This document shows positions 1 to 11,398 of a stretch of 64,000 bases of DNA, piece by piece. The position numbers and the translations under genes were made by a program. A model generated the notes under the pieces. That model saw only the letters and a list, made by a program, of their open reading frames with translations. It did not search any database and was not told where the DNA came from. Numbering within the stretch: the first letter of the stretch is position 1; each line of letters begins with the position of its first letter. The DNA is from Amoebophrya sp. A120 (lineage: Eukaryota > Protista > Dinoflagellata): the NCBI GenBank assembly GCA_905178155.1, contig CAJINV010000005.1, positions 1,452,438 through 1,516,437 of the forward strand, given 5' to 3'.

Positions 1-1271
1 GGCCAAGCGCAGGCGAAGGGAGAAGCAGGGCCACCACTTAACGCAAGAGCTGCACTCGCCGTCACGATCGTGTCCTCTTCCGGGCCGGCTTCCAGATCCA
101 AAACGGCACCTGCTGGTGCTGCTCCACTTGCGTCCTCAGAATCGTTGCCATTCTCGGTGGTCACTTCCCCATGCAACTGGAAGAGGTGCGTTTCCACCAG
201 CTTCTTCGCTTCCCGCACACTCTCCGTGCACCAAATGTCGCAGATCTCCCCCAACCCGGACTGCTCGAAATTGTATCGGTAGACGGTGTTAGAGTTAGCC
301 CCGTTCTCATTCAGCGTCGTCGAGGGAATGCACGCAAGTTGATCAACAACATCCGGTCTTAAAAAGCTGTCATCCACCTCGGGTCCGACCCAGACACAGG
401 TCCCGCGAACGTGTCCCAATCGCGTTGTACCGTTGAAGACGAGAGGGTCCGCGGCGGAGGTGTTTTCTCTGCCAGGCGCTTTCCCGTTGTACCATTTCAC
501 GCCGCAATCCCGCAACGTTCTCCACAGCTCTCGGAATACGGGCTCGGGCTCCAAGAATTGCCGTCGCTGGGACGACTTACAGTTTTCCTCCCGGAGGTAG
601 AGGTTGACGAATTCGGAGGGACAGTTGGCAAGAAAACTCTTGATATCCGCCAGCACCGTTTCCAAGGTTGTCGTCTGGCTCACCCACGGCCCGTGCGCGA
701 TGGGAAAATTGACTACAGTGCGGGCAGTCGTAGTCGTACCACTACGTACAGCTCCTCCTGTTGATAAACCACTCGCCTTCTGAAACGACGACGTGGGGCC
801 TTGTTCCAAATCTGGCTGTTGCGCTTCACCAGTGTCTTTTTCTACGTCCTCTTCCCCAGCAAGCGCGAGGACCTGGGGCGCAACCCTGATGTCCAGAAAC
901 CGCACTCCGTTTTGCAGCAACTCCGCCACAGACAGGGTTTGCGTCTGGCACCACGGACTGAGCACGGACTGCTTGCACCGGTGCCACATTGAGGTTGCAT
1001 TCGTCGCTGTGCGGGTCGTGCAGGAGCGACGGTCCACGTTTGTTGCTTCTGGGGCGTTAGACGCGGTGGACGCGGTGGCAGAATTTGTCAAAAGCGACGA
1101 TGAGTTTGTCGTGTTTGCTGGATCATGCGAAGAACTCGAAGCACTTCCACTTGCTCCGCGGCCAGTTCCTGCATGATGGGCTGCCGGAAAGATGGGAATG
1201 TCGCGGAGAACAGTGGTGTCAGGGAAGTGGGAAAGCCAGTTGTGGCCGGCACCGGCGCAGCTGCTTGTCAT
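1..1271 (-). CDS. PI-PLC X-domain (bacterial-type phosphatidylinositol phospholipase C-like) protein, 3'-partial
   Basis: Hand translation from ATG 1271 runs off the window edge, so it is absent from the ORF track. It reads NWLSHFPDTTVLRDIPIFPAAHHAGT ... WCQTQTLSVAELLQNGVRFLDIRV ... FPIAHG ... LETVLADIKSFLANCPSEFVNLYLREE ... TRLGHVRGTCVW. This follows the PI-PLCc motif order (first His; TQ..QL..GxRxxDxR; second His; FL..hPsE; TLgevRGK). Confidence 0.85.
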   Translation of the reverse strand, partial: MTSSCAGAGHNWLSHFPDTTVLRDIPIFPAAHHAGTGRGASGSASSSSHDPANTTNSSSLLTNSATASTASNAPEATNVDRRSCTTRTATNATSMWHRCKQSVLSPWCQTQTLSVAELLQNGVRFLDIRVAPQVLALAGEEDVEKDTGEAQQPDLEQGPTSSFQKASGLSTGGAVRSGTTTTARTVVNFPIAHGPWVSQTTTLETVLADIKSFLANCPSEFVNLYLREENCKSSQRRQFLEPEPVFRELWRTLRDCGVKWYNGKAPGRENTSAADPLVFNGTTRLGHVRGTCVWVGPEVDDSFLRPDVVDQLACIPSTTLNENGANSNTVYRYNFEQSGLGEICDIWCTESVREAKKLVETHLFQLHGEVTTENGNDSEDASGAAPAGAVLDLEAGPEEDTIVTASAALALSGGPASPFACAW

Positions 1272-2207
1272 GCTCTACGCTGATGCCCGAGCACGTAGAC
1301 ACAGCTTTCACTTGCACGCGAAGAAACGAGACTATTTCTTGCAGATTCTGTGTGTACGCTTCAAAAATCGTCACTCTGAAGAAAAATATAGTACTTCGCA
1401 GAAGATCAAGATTGCTGGTCCTCGCTCACTCAGATGGACGCTCACTCCTCGTCCATCGCGAATGTGCCGGGCCCTCGTGATATGTCTCAGAACTCAGCTG
1501 ATACAGATACTACTGCGGACGTCCCAACGAATCGGTGACGGCGCGGACGCTGGAACCGCGGATCACGGGTTGTCGTTTCCTCCACGGATATTAGGTAACA
1601 ACAGAGAGACAAGTCGATTTTTGTCTTCTTGCGCGTACATTAATTTTGGTTGTCCATTCCACTGGCGGATCACATCCGCTAGGCCATAACAAGTAGACTA
1701 GGTTGAGGCCTATCGTTAGGATATAACAACGAGACTCAACAGACCACGCTTCAGTTTTTAATTTTGAGTACAACGACGAACGATTTTGATAGCGTTCTAA
1801 CAGTTTTTTCTTCATCGGCAGTCTATGTGTACATACGAACTGCAACCGGTGCGTAAAAGAAAGCTGAAAGGGAAAGCGAATTTAACATAAATATTATACA
1901 TCTTTTTTCAAGCATATTGGTTTTGAAACGATGTCGTGAAAAAACCGTGCGTACGTACATTTTTCTTCGCGGCTCTTGCAGTGCAGCTTGTCAAGAAAAA
2001 ATGTTTCATTTTTATTTCAACTTCGTAAAATAGATATTTTTGCGAGAGGAGCTAAAGATAGTGCTTCGTGATGCCAAATCTCTCGCTTTGAGATGTCCTG
2101 GTGGTGCTAACAAGCGTGAGTGCAGACAGGCCCGGACAGCTGGTGGACGGACAAGGAATCAACCCTAGCTATTTCGTTCTCGTTTTACACATCAGTATCA
2201 GAAGTCT

Positions 2208-4478
2208 TCAGTTTTGCCGACACCCAGAAAGTTTTGCGTAGAGAGCTAGGACGAGCATAACGAAGGCGAGGAGCATGTAACTGAAGCATTTGGATGTGTT
2301 TTCTCCGGCGACCTTCACCTCGTTCTTAACCTGTTGCAACAGATCCTTGAGCGCCTTGGCGTTCGCCTCTGCCTTCTTGTCGTTCGCTTCGACAGTTTTT
2401 GCGTTGTCTATGTCCATTTTCTCGATGCGCCTCTCGAGGGAGTCAAGCTTCTCTGCCTTCGCGTGCGAACCTTCGATCTTCTCGATGCGATTCAACAGAG
2501 AATTCAGGGTGTCCGCTCTTGCGTGCGTCTTTGAAATCGACTCTATCTGCATCGCGATCGATCTTTGCTTGGCGCCGTCCTCGATTACTTCCACAATATC
2601 GTGTAGCTCGACGACAATGGTCAAGTATTGTTGTTCCTTTGCGCTGGCAATAGTGTCGAACTCCGCGAAGCCGTGTCTTTTCCGATAACCGTGCCAAGAA
2701 GTACCGGCAGCAATCTGCTTCATCTGCAATGGTTGCAAACTGCTAAGGTCGAGGTACGAACAGCACTTTCCACGGAGAACCTGGATTGTTGCTCCCGCGG
2801 CGAAGGAAATGCTCTCACTCCATGGTTTTGAAGCCTGTAAATAGACGCCGAAATGCGTAGCGTTCTTCGTCGTATACTCCTTGGCGGTTTGGTCCCAGAC
2901 AATGCACTTTGGCGAAAAACAAATCTGCAACGGCCCGAGATGCGATGGTGTGTAGAATTGGGGAGAAAGCACGTCTTCATGAGGTCTGCGCGTTCCGGTC
3001 TGGCCTTTGTGCTCCTCCACGTCCTTGTACACCTTCTTCACATCAAGCACCCAGGCGAATCTAGCTGCGGAGGAAGTGCGTTGGCCATGGTTTGCTTTGG
3101 AAACATCGGCGAGCAGTTTCGCAGTTTTGTCTTTCACCTCGGTGAGGATCGCCGTTTGGCTGGCTTTGCAGTCCGCATCGGCCTTCGTCAAACTCGCTGC
3201 TGTTTGTCCCCCTTGCTCCAAGATCTTCTGTAGCTCGGTGAGAATCGCCGTTTGGTTGGCTTTGCGGTACGCTTCGGCCTTCGTCAAACTCGATGCTGCT
3301 TGTTCGCTTCGATTCAAGATCCTCTGCAGCGGGGCCTGGACCTCGGGTCCGGCCAGCGCGAGGAACGTGTTCTGCAACTGCATCCGCTCGTTCCGTTCTT
3401 CCCGCTCCTTGAGTAGGATGTCCACATGACGCTCTGCGTTCTGTCGGTCGTGTTCCTGCATGCCGCCGGGCTTCACCCACTCTCCACACACCGTGCACTG
3501 CGTGAACAACTTCGGGCAGCGCTTTTCGTGGGCGACTAAATCGCGGCGCTTCATCACTTCCCCGCACGCACGCGGGCACGGCACTGGGTGGAACCTGCAC
3601 TCGCCGAGATGTTTTGCCAGGAGGTCCCCGTAGGATCCCACCCAGGAACAGTACAGCTCATTGGTCGGCAAAGCGTCACTGGGTGTGTCGGAGTTTCTGC
3701 AGCATGGCCCGCTTGCGGGCTGGTTCGACGTCGAACACTGGGGGAGAGGACCAAGACCCGTCGAAGGCTGTGAAGATAGCGACTGGCTCTCTCCATTGCC
3801 GCTTGTGCTCTCATCTTCTCCCGAGCCTTGCTCGGCTAACGAAGACTGCGATTCCGCCACTGCCTCTTCCGGGGAAGCGTTACCCGAGGGAGCCGAAGAT
3901 GACGAGGACGATGCCGATGCGGAAGACGCGTCCGAATTGTTTGGTGCCAAGGTGGAACAACCCTCGGAAGCCCCTTTCACCGCCGGGTCTGCGTAGGGGC
4001 AACAAACCTTGATGATTTTGTGCTGCGGGCGTCACCAGCGTCTTTTACTTTTTTACATCTGATTACAATCATACCGGAGAAAGCATTTGTATTGCACGAT
4101 AAAGATGATTCTTTTTCTTTCGCTTCGCGGCACTAGGCTTAGCGGCGCAGATTGCTGAAGAACATAAGTGGCATTTTTAGCATCAGTGTCGTAGTTTGCA
4201 ATATTTATTACCTTCAGCCCATTTAGTTGGCGCAGAGCCCAGGGATTGGATTCCTTTAACGGCTTCGGCTTGTTGTCTCCGAATGGTTGCCGACACGTTG
4301 GGCAGGCCAGCACGCTGGAAACGCATTCTTCACAAAAAATGTGATGACACTCCGTTTGGACAGGATTCTCCCAGAGGCAGTAGCAAATCGGGCACTCGAC
4401 GTGTGCCTCCGCATGCGCCCTCGCCTCCTCGAGGACGATGTCGTTGATTTTCAGTTTGTTCCGACCGGAGGACACCAT
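2208..4478 (-). CDS. TRAF-like protein 1: RING, TRAF-type zinc fingers, coiled coil, MATH-like domain, coiled coil, C-terminal TM anchor (~688 aa)
   Basis: Exons 4212..4478 and 2208..4007, with GT-AG intron 4008..4211 (phase 0, LNGLK|VCCP). RING CPICYCLWENPVQTECHHIFCEECV...CPTCR. TRAF zinc finger CSWVGSYGDLLAKHLGEC...CPRACG...HEKRC. MATH-like FAWVLDV...SPQFY...GPLQICFSP...FGVYL...HGFAEF. Hydrophobic C-terminus YMLLAFVMLVLALYA. Confidence 0.85.
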
Positions 4479-5615
4479 GCTGAGTCCGTTTTTCTTTTTG
4501 CTTCGCTTCTAAAAGGAATCAATTTTCTTTTCCTGCGTCAAAAAGAGCAGCTTGGTACCTATTTCAGCTGCACGTTTCTTCGATGAATGCGCCTCGCTCT
4601 TTCCAATTAGACAGGATCATACACGGCGTTGTAAACGAATTACACACGCGAAATCGATTATCCAGACGATGAGGACGACCTTCGTATAGAAGCTTGCGAC
4701 TTTTCTTCAACGATAACGACGACCTTCATGTTCCTCGATCATTTTTTCAAACCAACCACGAGGAAGACGAGACTGCATTCTGTCTCGTCACTCTCAAAGC
4801 TCTCACTGAAACCTGATCATGCGACGGTGAGTTTGGACGACAAGTTGAAGAAATACCGAAAAGCTGATGTCCTCCAGGAAGTACATGCACATGCGGCGCA
4901 AGCAGAGAAAAGCTGCCGTTGACCATGCAGGAAGAAAAGTCATCGAGTTACGTCACAACACTGAGACCACAGTCTGAGGATACATAGCAACAATTTCGTT
5001 TATTTCGTTGGTTGAAATGCCATACAGTCCTCACACCGAGTTGATGACAAAATACGTTGGTGGTCTTGATGTTGATTCTTTTTTTCATACACACTTAAAT
5101 GAAACTAAACGCTCTTATGCTGCTCGAGGATTGATCGATACACTGGAGGTGAGGGTGAAACACAAACGGCAGAGCGACTTGCATACATTTGTCGTTCTTT
5201 TTTGAAACTGAAACTACAGGGAATTATACATAGACGACAGCAAGAACATGTTCAAAATAAAACTAACGGGTAACAAACACTTCGAGTTACCTTTGATGCA
5301 ACGAAATATTCTACGTTCTTTCATACGGAGTGGATTTCAGCTTCTAACTATCGAGGCCCAATCATCATAAAACGTACTTAAACGGTTAAAAAGAAAACCG
5401 AAACGCTACAGGAGGACAGCCAAACCCATTTATTCGATCAAACAGAAGCTTTGTTCTAGAGAAAGAAAAAGCCGAACCGCTCCCACGCGGTGATGACGTA
5501 GAAGTTAAGCAATATTTTTCATCTTCTGATCTGTGTGTCCCCTTGCTGTTGGAATTTCTAGGCGCAGAATGGTACTACGTGGCGGTGACGGTGCTGGCCG
5601 CTGCACGACGACTCG

Positions 5616-8600
5616 TCACTTCGGCAGGCTCTTGATAACGTCCTTGATGTTCATGATTTCCACCAGAAAGGTCACATACTCGTGCCGCTTGATTTCCGCG
5701 ATGGGGTAGAACTTCGCGGAACCCCGACCAAGCAGTTTGGAATTGGGTTTTGCGGGGTTCGCGCCGTGTAGTTCTTGCAACATCTCCATTAATGCCAACC
5801 GCTTTCCGGGGCCGGTGTTGAACTGTTCCCTCGCTTGGCTTCCGGGGAAGAGGCTCAGTCGCACGTCCGCCCGTACAGTTTTGTCGGTGAAGTCTCCATT
5901 TACAAACAAACTACAGTAGGTCGGCGCGGGAGCCGCGGCCGCACCGTCTGCCGGCGCCGGGGGAGTCTGCCCGCTCGGGAAAAAAGTGAGAGTCCACATC
6001 CCGTGATCCGTCGGCATGATTTGTTCGGATAGGACAAATGTGTCTGGAGCCGGAGGGTTCGCTTGGTCGTAGGTTTTCTTGACGTCGATGGTCCACAGGA
6101 AGGTCTTTTGCGACGGCCCCGCATTGTGGTTCTTCATGTGCTGCTTGAGCTCCGCGATGACGTCAACCGAGGACTTGCGTGCCGCCACTCGATTCGACAC
6201 GAGGTCATCTTCGATGCCGGTCAGGCGGGTGGTCAAGTTGGTCCACCGCGTATTTTGGATTGACGTTTGCGTGAGCGCCTGGTCCTCGAGCGTTTTCAAA
6301 CGATCCTTCACCTCCTGCAACCCGCCGACCACGTTGCTGGACTCCTGCAGCTTCTTCTCGAGGATCTGGACGTGCTGCTCCGCCTTCAGCCGCCGGTGCT
6401 CTTCCATCTCCTCCGGCTTCATCGTCTCCCCGCAGATGGAGCACGTCACCCGGAGTTTGGGACACTCCGACGCGTGCCCCGCCAGCTTCCGCCGCTCCAG
6501 GGTCGCGCCGCACCCGTGCGCGCACGGCACCAGTTGGAACTCGCAGACCCCCAAGTGCTTTGCCAGCAAGTCTCCGTAGGACCCGATCCACGCGCAGCTA
6601 TGAACGGAGAACGAAACCAAAACGAACCATTTTGAGCCTGTCTAACTGTCACATTTACCGTCTAAATGTGACATTTAGATGGCGCACCGTCGCGCGACAG
6701 TTCCCCGACGGTGCCAACGGTGCCCAGATTGGCGGCACGCGCGCGCAACATCCCATCGCGACATCGATGGGCGCAAGGCGTCAAAGTGGGCTGCGAAAAC
6801 CTGCCATCCGCCTTCTCCGATGCACTGCAAGCCGGGACTCCGAGCGCAAAACGGAGGCGCATCGCCACCAGTCTCTCTGCAGACTCAAGCAACAAGAGGG
6901 CGGGCGGCGCGGCAGATGTAGCGAAGGCTAAACGGGGACCAACTCCGAAAGCGCACGCCCTATCTCCCAAACACCGGGGCGCACTAATGCAAACCGCCGC
7001 AGGCTTTTTCGAATTTTCAAAAAAATCACAGGCGCCTGCGCGCGCGCCGATTTGGTGGCGGCACTTCGTGTGCCGCCACGCTTCATGTTTTCCGTTCAGT
7101 TCCTGCGGGGTTGCGTGGGTGGGTGGCAAGCTCGCGGGAGACTTTGGAGACTCCTGAAACATTTTTGGGAACTTTGGACGACAGAGGGGTTGTGGTGCCG
7201 GGACTTTTTTCAAAAAGTCCCTCCGCCCTCTCATCCACGTTCTATTTTTCCCAAAAAGCCTCCACGCCTCCAATCGCGCGGGTTCCCGCGCAAAAATGTT
7301 TTCCCGATTTTCCCCTATTTGCGCCGCCATCGGTCGCCACCGCCCACGGCCGCGCCGCCCCATCAATTTGAAAGGCGAAAAACAATCGCAAACCACTGCG
7401 CCCCAACATCCATCCAGACTACGCGCCCCAATGCGAATACCCATGCCCGGCCGCTGTAGTTTGAAGGGGCCACGGGGGCCCGGCGCCCGCGCGCCGAGCG
7501 ACCGGCCAGCCCCCGCTTTCGTGTGGGCGCCGATTGGGCCAGTGGTTGACTAGAGCCCAGGGGCCTCGCCCTGATTCAGCGCGCGGGCCGCCTCCGGGGT
7601 AGCAGGGGGCCCATCGAAAGCAACGGGGGCAAGCAGGCCCGGCCCGACCAATGTATGGCCTGCCAGCCGGCCAGCCTTCGAAGAAGGCACACCGGGCCGA
7701 CCACTGATTCCAATGAGAGAGGGCAGGCAGGCCCGCACCAAGTCCGTCCGGCATATCCACATCCTCGCCCTCGAGGGCGCCCGAGCAAAAAAACCGCGGG
7801 CCGTTTGGGTGCCCTATGTAGATCTGCTACAGTGCCCGGCCGCCAACATACTACGCAACCGAAGGGGCCCGGCGGGCAGTGAAACTGCGGCCATGATAGG
7901 TCGCAGAGCTGCAAGGCGCGCCCTGCCTTCCCGCCAAAAAATAAAAACCAGCCGGGCCGGCCGGCCCGCCCGGTGCCACCGGCGGCGGGTGCGCCGGGCG
8001 CAGGCGGGCAAAGCGCGGGCCACTGACGCCGACCAGGCAGCCCCCCGGGGGCCGGCCGGCTTTTAGCCGCTAAATGTGACACGGCTGCCACATTTACCGG
8101 CTAGCTGACACATTTAGCGTCTAAATGTGGCACGTAGCCGATAAATGTGGCAGACGTGTCACATTTATCGGCTGAAAGCCGGCAGATCCCTGGCCCGTCG
8201 CCCTCGGCCCAAGTCCCAAAACCCCCCGGGGGGGGGGTGGCGAAAGGGTTGGCGCAATAAGTGGGCGCGCTGCGTCAATGAGGGTCCGCCGTGGGATTAT
8301 TGAAGCGGGCGGGCCCTTAAGATGGCCGAGCGGCCCGCGGCATTTTTTTGTCCGCGCAGGGTGGCCAGGTGCGCGGGCGTGAACCTGGAAGACGATCACG
8401 GGTAGACTATTCCACGCCCGCCCTTGCCGCCCCCCGCACTAGCGACCGAGAGCGAAAGCAGGGAGGCAGGCGACCCGCCGGCCGGGGGGGCGCCAGGGCA
8501 TGCAGACTGACGGGGCCACTACAATGCGGAAACGGAAGAAAAAGAAAGGGGCGAAGCCATGAGTGCACCGATGGATGGGGGGCCGCCCCCGGCCGACCCG

Positions 8601-10293
8601 GGAAAAAAAACAATTTGGCGGGCCGCCCGCCGGCCTGGGGCCCATACGGCGCAACCCCGGAGGAGTTGGGGCCACTGCGCGAGCGTGCGTCCCCGCGAAG
8701 GAGGGCGGGAGGGTCGCTCCCCCGGGGGCGGGAAAAGGCATGCGGAAGCTGACTCGCTCGCTCCTGAATACGGGCCGGCATGCCCTAATCGCGCCAGAAG
8801 CCGGGGATGCTGCTCAAAAGCCAGCGCCCGGGCACACAAGAAAAAAAAATGCCCAAGAACCTTCAGCAGAGCCCGGCCCGTCGGAAAGGGAGAAAAAGAA
8901 GGGGCCCGAAGGCGGGGCGGCCTTCACTCCTGCGGCCGGGGGAGGCAGAGAAAACCAGAGCGCCAAGGGGCCGTCGCCGAGGCCCGTGCAACAGGGGCCA
9001 CACAACATAGAGAGAGGGAGGCAGGGCACGCGCCGGCGCGGGCGCTCGCCCCGCCGCAAGCCTTGGGCCTGTGCAACTGTGCCGCGCGGGTTCTGGTGCT
9101 TTTTCGAAAATCAAATTTATCGAAAGGGGCCGCCGGCGCACCGATCCAAGCTAAGCCGCCGGCCTCTGGTAAGTATCTCGCAGACGGCAGCGAGGATGGA
9201 CCAAGGGCGCGCCGGCCTTTTCTGGTATATGGGCAAAACAGGCCCAAACGCGCCGGCAAGTCCGTCGGAAGCTGTTGTCCCTCCGAAGCTACACCGGAAG
9301 GGCGCGAGAGTTTACGGCCAACGACGCATAGGGACGAAGGAAAAGAAAAAGGAAGGCTGCGCAACAGTCAGCGCGCCTCCCGGAAGGGGAAACTTCGCTT
9401 CGCGCGGCGCAGATTCAAACACAAGCGGGCACGGCTTCCCAGGAATTCCAAGCAAAACTCTTCGCGCTGCTGATCCAAAGAACCATACTCCGGGCCCATT
9501 TCTTTTGTTCGTTCAGCGAGCTCGCAAAGCGCTGCAAGCTGCGCTAGCCGGCTAAATGTACCATTTAGCCGGTAAATGTGCAAACTAGACGAGGCGGAAA
9601 TGGTTCGTTTTGGATATTTTCTCCCTTTGTACGCGCAGCACCCGGTAGCCTGTTTTACTTCCGCACTGGGACCTGCACCGGGGTCCAGACGGGCTTTCTT
9701 CGCAGCAGGGGAACACATCACAACCGCCACTTCTTCGGACCCGGAACTGTTCGTGCTCGAGCCGTTGTTGTTCGTACCCGGCGCGCGCGCCGGCGCGGGG
9801 TGGTTCGGACAATAAACCTGTTTGAAGTTTGTTGTCGTTGTGTGGTGCTGGTGTTTGATACAATTGGCATTGCCGGTCCTGTATACATAAATTCACAATT
9901 GGAAAAGAAAAGGTCTTCGTCCTCGCTTGCACGTTGCACCAAGTCAAGAAGACCCTACCTCCGTCGAAAAGAACCAAAAACAAGTACCTTCAGGCCGTTG
10001 AGCAGTCGCAACGCGAACTGGTTGCAGTCCTTGAGCGGGGTAGACCTGTTCGTCGCCGGCAATTCCTGACGACAGAGCGGGCAGGCCAACAACCCGGAGA
10101 CGCAGGGTCCGCAAAAAATATGGTGGTTTGCGCACTTCAACTGGACCGGATCCTCCCACAAACAACGGCACACCGCGCACTCATACTCCCGGGCCAGACT
10201 TTTGGAGTCCTCGTGCACGATGTCCTCGATGGTAAACTTCTTAGCGCCCGCTTTGCAAGCACCTGCGAACGGTTCTAAACCTCCTCCCAACAT
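5616..10293 (-). CDS. TRAF-like protein 2: RING, zinc fingers, coiled coil, MATH-like (~490 aa), interrupted by a 3-kb TIR element that can act as intron 2
   Basis: Exons 9988..10293, ~9633..9817 and 5616..~6597. Intron 1 is 9818..9987 GT-AG (LNGLK|VYCP). Removing 6598..9632 (GT...AG) restores ...CAWIGSYGDLLAKHL in frame, matching the CxWxGSYGDLLAKHL motif of the three paralogs. Confidence 0.8.
6599..9631. mobile_element. 3033-bp TIR DNA transposon (hAT-like ends), decayed GC-rich interior, inserted in the TRAF-like 2 coding sequence
   Basis: 8-bp target-site duplication CGCGCAGC at 6591-6598 and 9632-9639. TIRs TATGAACGGAGAACGAAACCAAAACGAACCATTT and TACAAAGGGAGAAAATATCCAAAACGAACCATTT (27/34 identical); similarity continues to about 80 bp, with CACATTTA/TAAATGTG subterminal repeats. 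No intact transposase ORF. Confidence 0.9.
8055..8183. repeat. 129-bp imperfect palindrome with six CACATTTA/TAAATGTG motifs at the midpoint of the 3-kb element
   Basis: Arms 8055-8117 and 8121-8183 (56/63 complementary), loop CGT 8118-8120. Motif copies at 8071, 8089, 8109, 8122, 8142 and 8160. Confidence 0.9.
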
Positions 10294-11398
10294 TTTGTCC
10301 TCGATCAAAGAGTTTTCTCGGCTAGCAGTTTTTTTTGACGCGCGGGCAAAGATTAAGACAGAACAAAGGAAGTTAAGAATGGAACCGACACCGGCCACGA
10401 TGTGACTAGTGGCACACTCCTCTCTTGTTCACGACACACTTCCATTTTCGAACGATACACGACATGCACGATATTTCGAGGAAAACTCTCGAAAGCGAGT
10501 ACAGTAGATGCATCACGAGAACAGGGGAGACGACAAATATAGTAAATCAGAAGCAACGAGAACGAACACGATGCCGAAATGGCACTGGTGCAAGATCGGA
10601 ATCGGGCATCGTGAAGACGTGGAGCGATTTCGATTTAAAAAGTCCCCCCTCGTCGATACGCACACGTATCGCTCGGATGGCTTCCTCAGCACTTCGACCT
10701 GGTGCAGGCGAAACATGTGCCGCCTTGGGATCTCATACAGCTTCGGGTCACAGACTCTACGATCTTGATACGATTTCAATTTCGCCCTCGGCGAGTGGTT
10801 CATTTGTGAAGATTCAACTAACTTCAACAGTTTAATTCAAACAATTGTCTTTTGGTGATGGATTTGCGATTTGGTGCTTTGGGACTGGGAATAAAATTAC
10901 ACTGATAAAACCGATTTCGGGGAAACGGCAATTTTGTTTGCGACTTCAAACGCGCAGCTGCTTATTTGATACATTAATTACGTAAACATCATCAAAGGGA
11001 AAACTATACGAGAGATAGAGGTTGGATACAGCTGCTTCTAGGCTATTTTCTTTGGTATGTGTTTGTCGTTCATTTTTTTCAGAAAAACCTATCGTAAAAG
11101 TCACGGGAAAGAAGTTCCAAGTGAGTAAACGTAATGGCAACTCGTCGTGCCCAGCCTTCTGCGTCAGAACCCAGTGACCAGGCGAGTGCCTCCGTTCTGA
11201 TTTCTGCTGTGCAGTGCAATGATGAAGGTCGTGCTCGTGGAACTCCCCTTCCCCTCACCAAAACTCGCGACAGCCGCAATTTCTAAAAAATCAACTCGCA
11301 TTTATGGCGGTAAATCTAAAATAAAGTATTCATTCTTGTTTGGTACCTGGTTGCCTTCCTCGCACCTACGCTTGTCACCAGCTCCTGCCTCAAGCTAC

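Noticed and set aside
4008-4211. AAGGT direct repeat at the TRAF-like 1 intron boundaries (also GGTAC at ABCC intron 1)
   Set aside because: Explained by the ordinary AG|GT proto-splice consensus; no TIRs.
6662-9555. ORFs inside the 3-kb element as intact genes or a transposase
   Set aside because: R/G/P/A-biased overlapping frames with no DDE triad or BED finger recognisable; only a weak motif trace, reported under findings.
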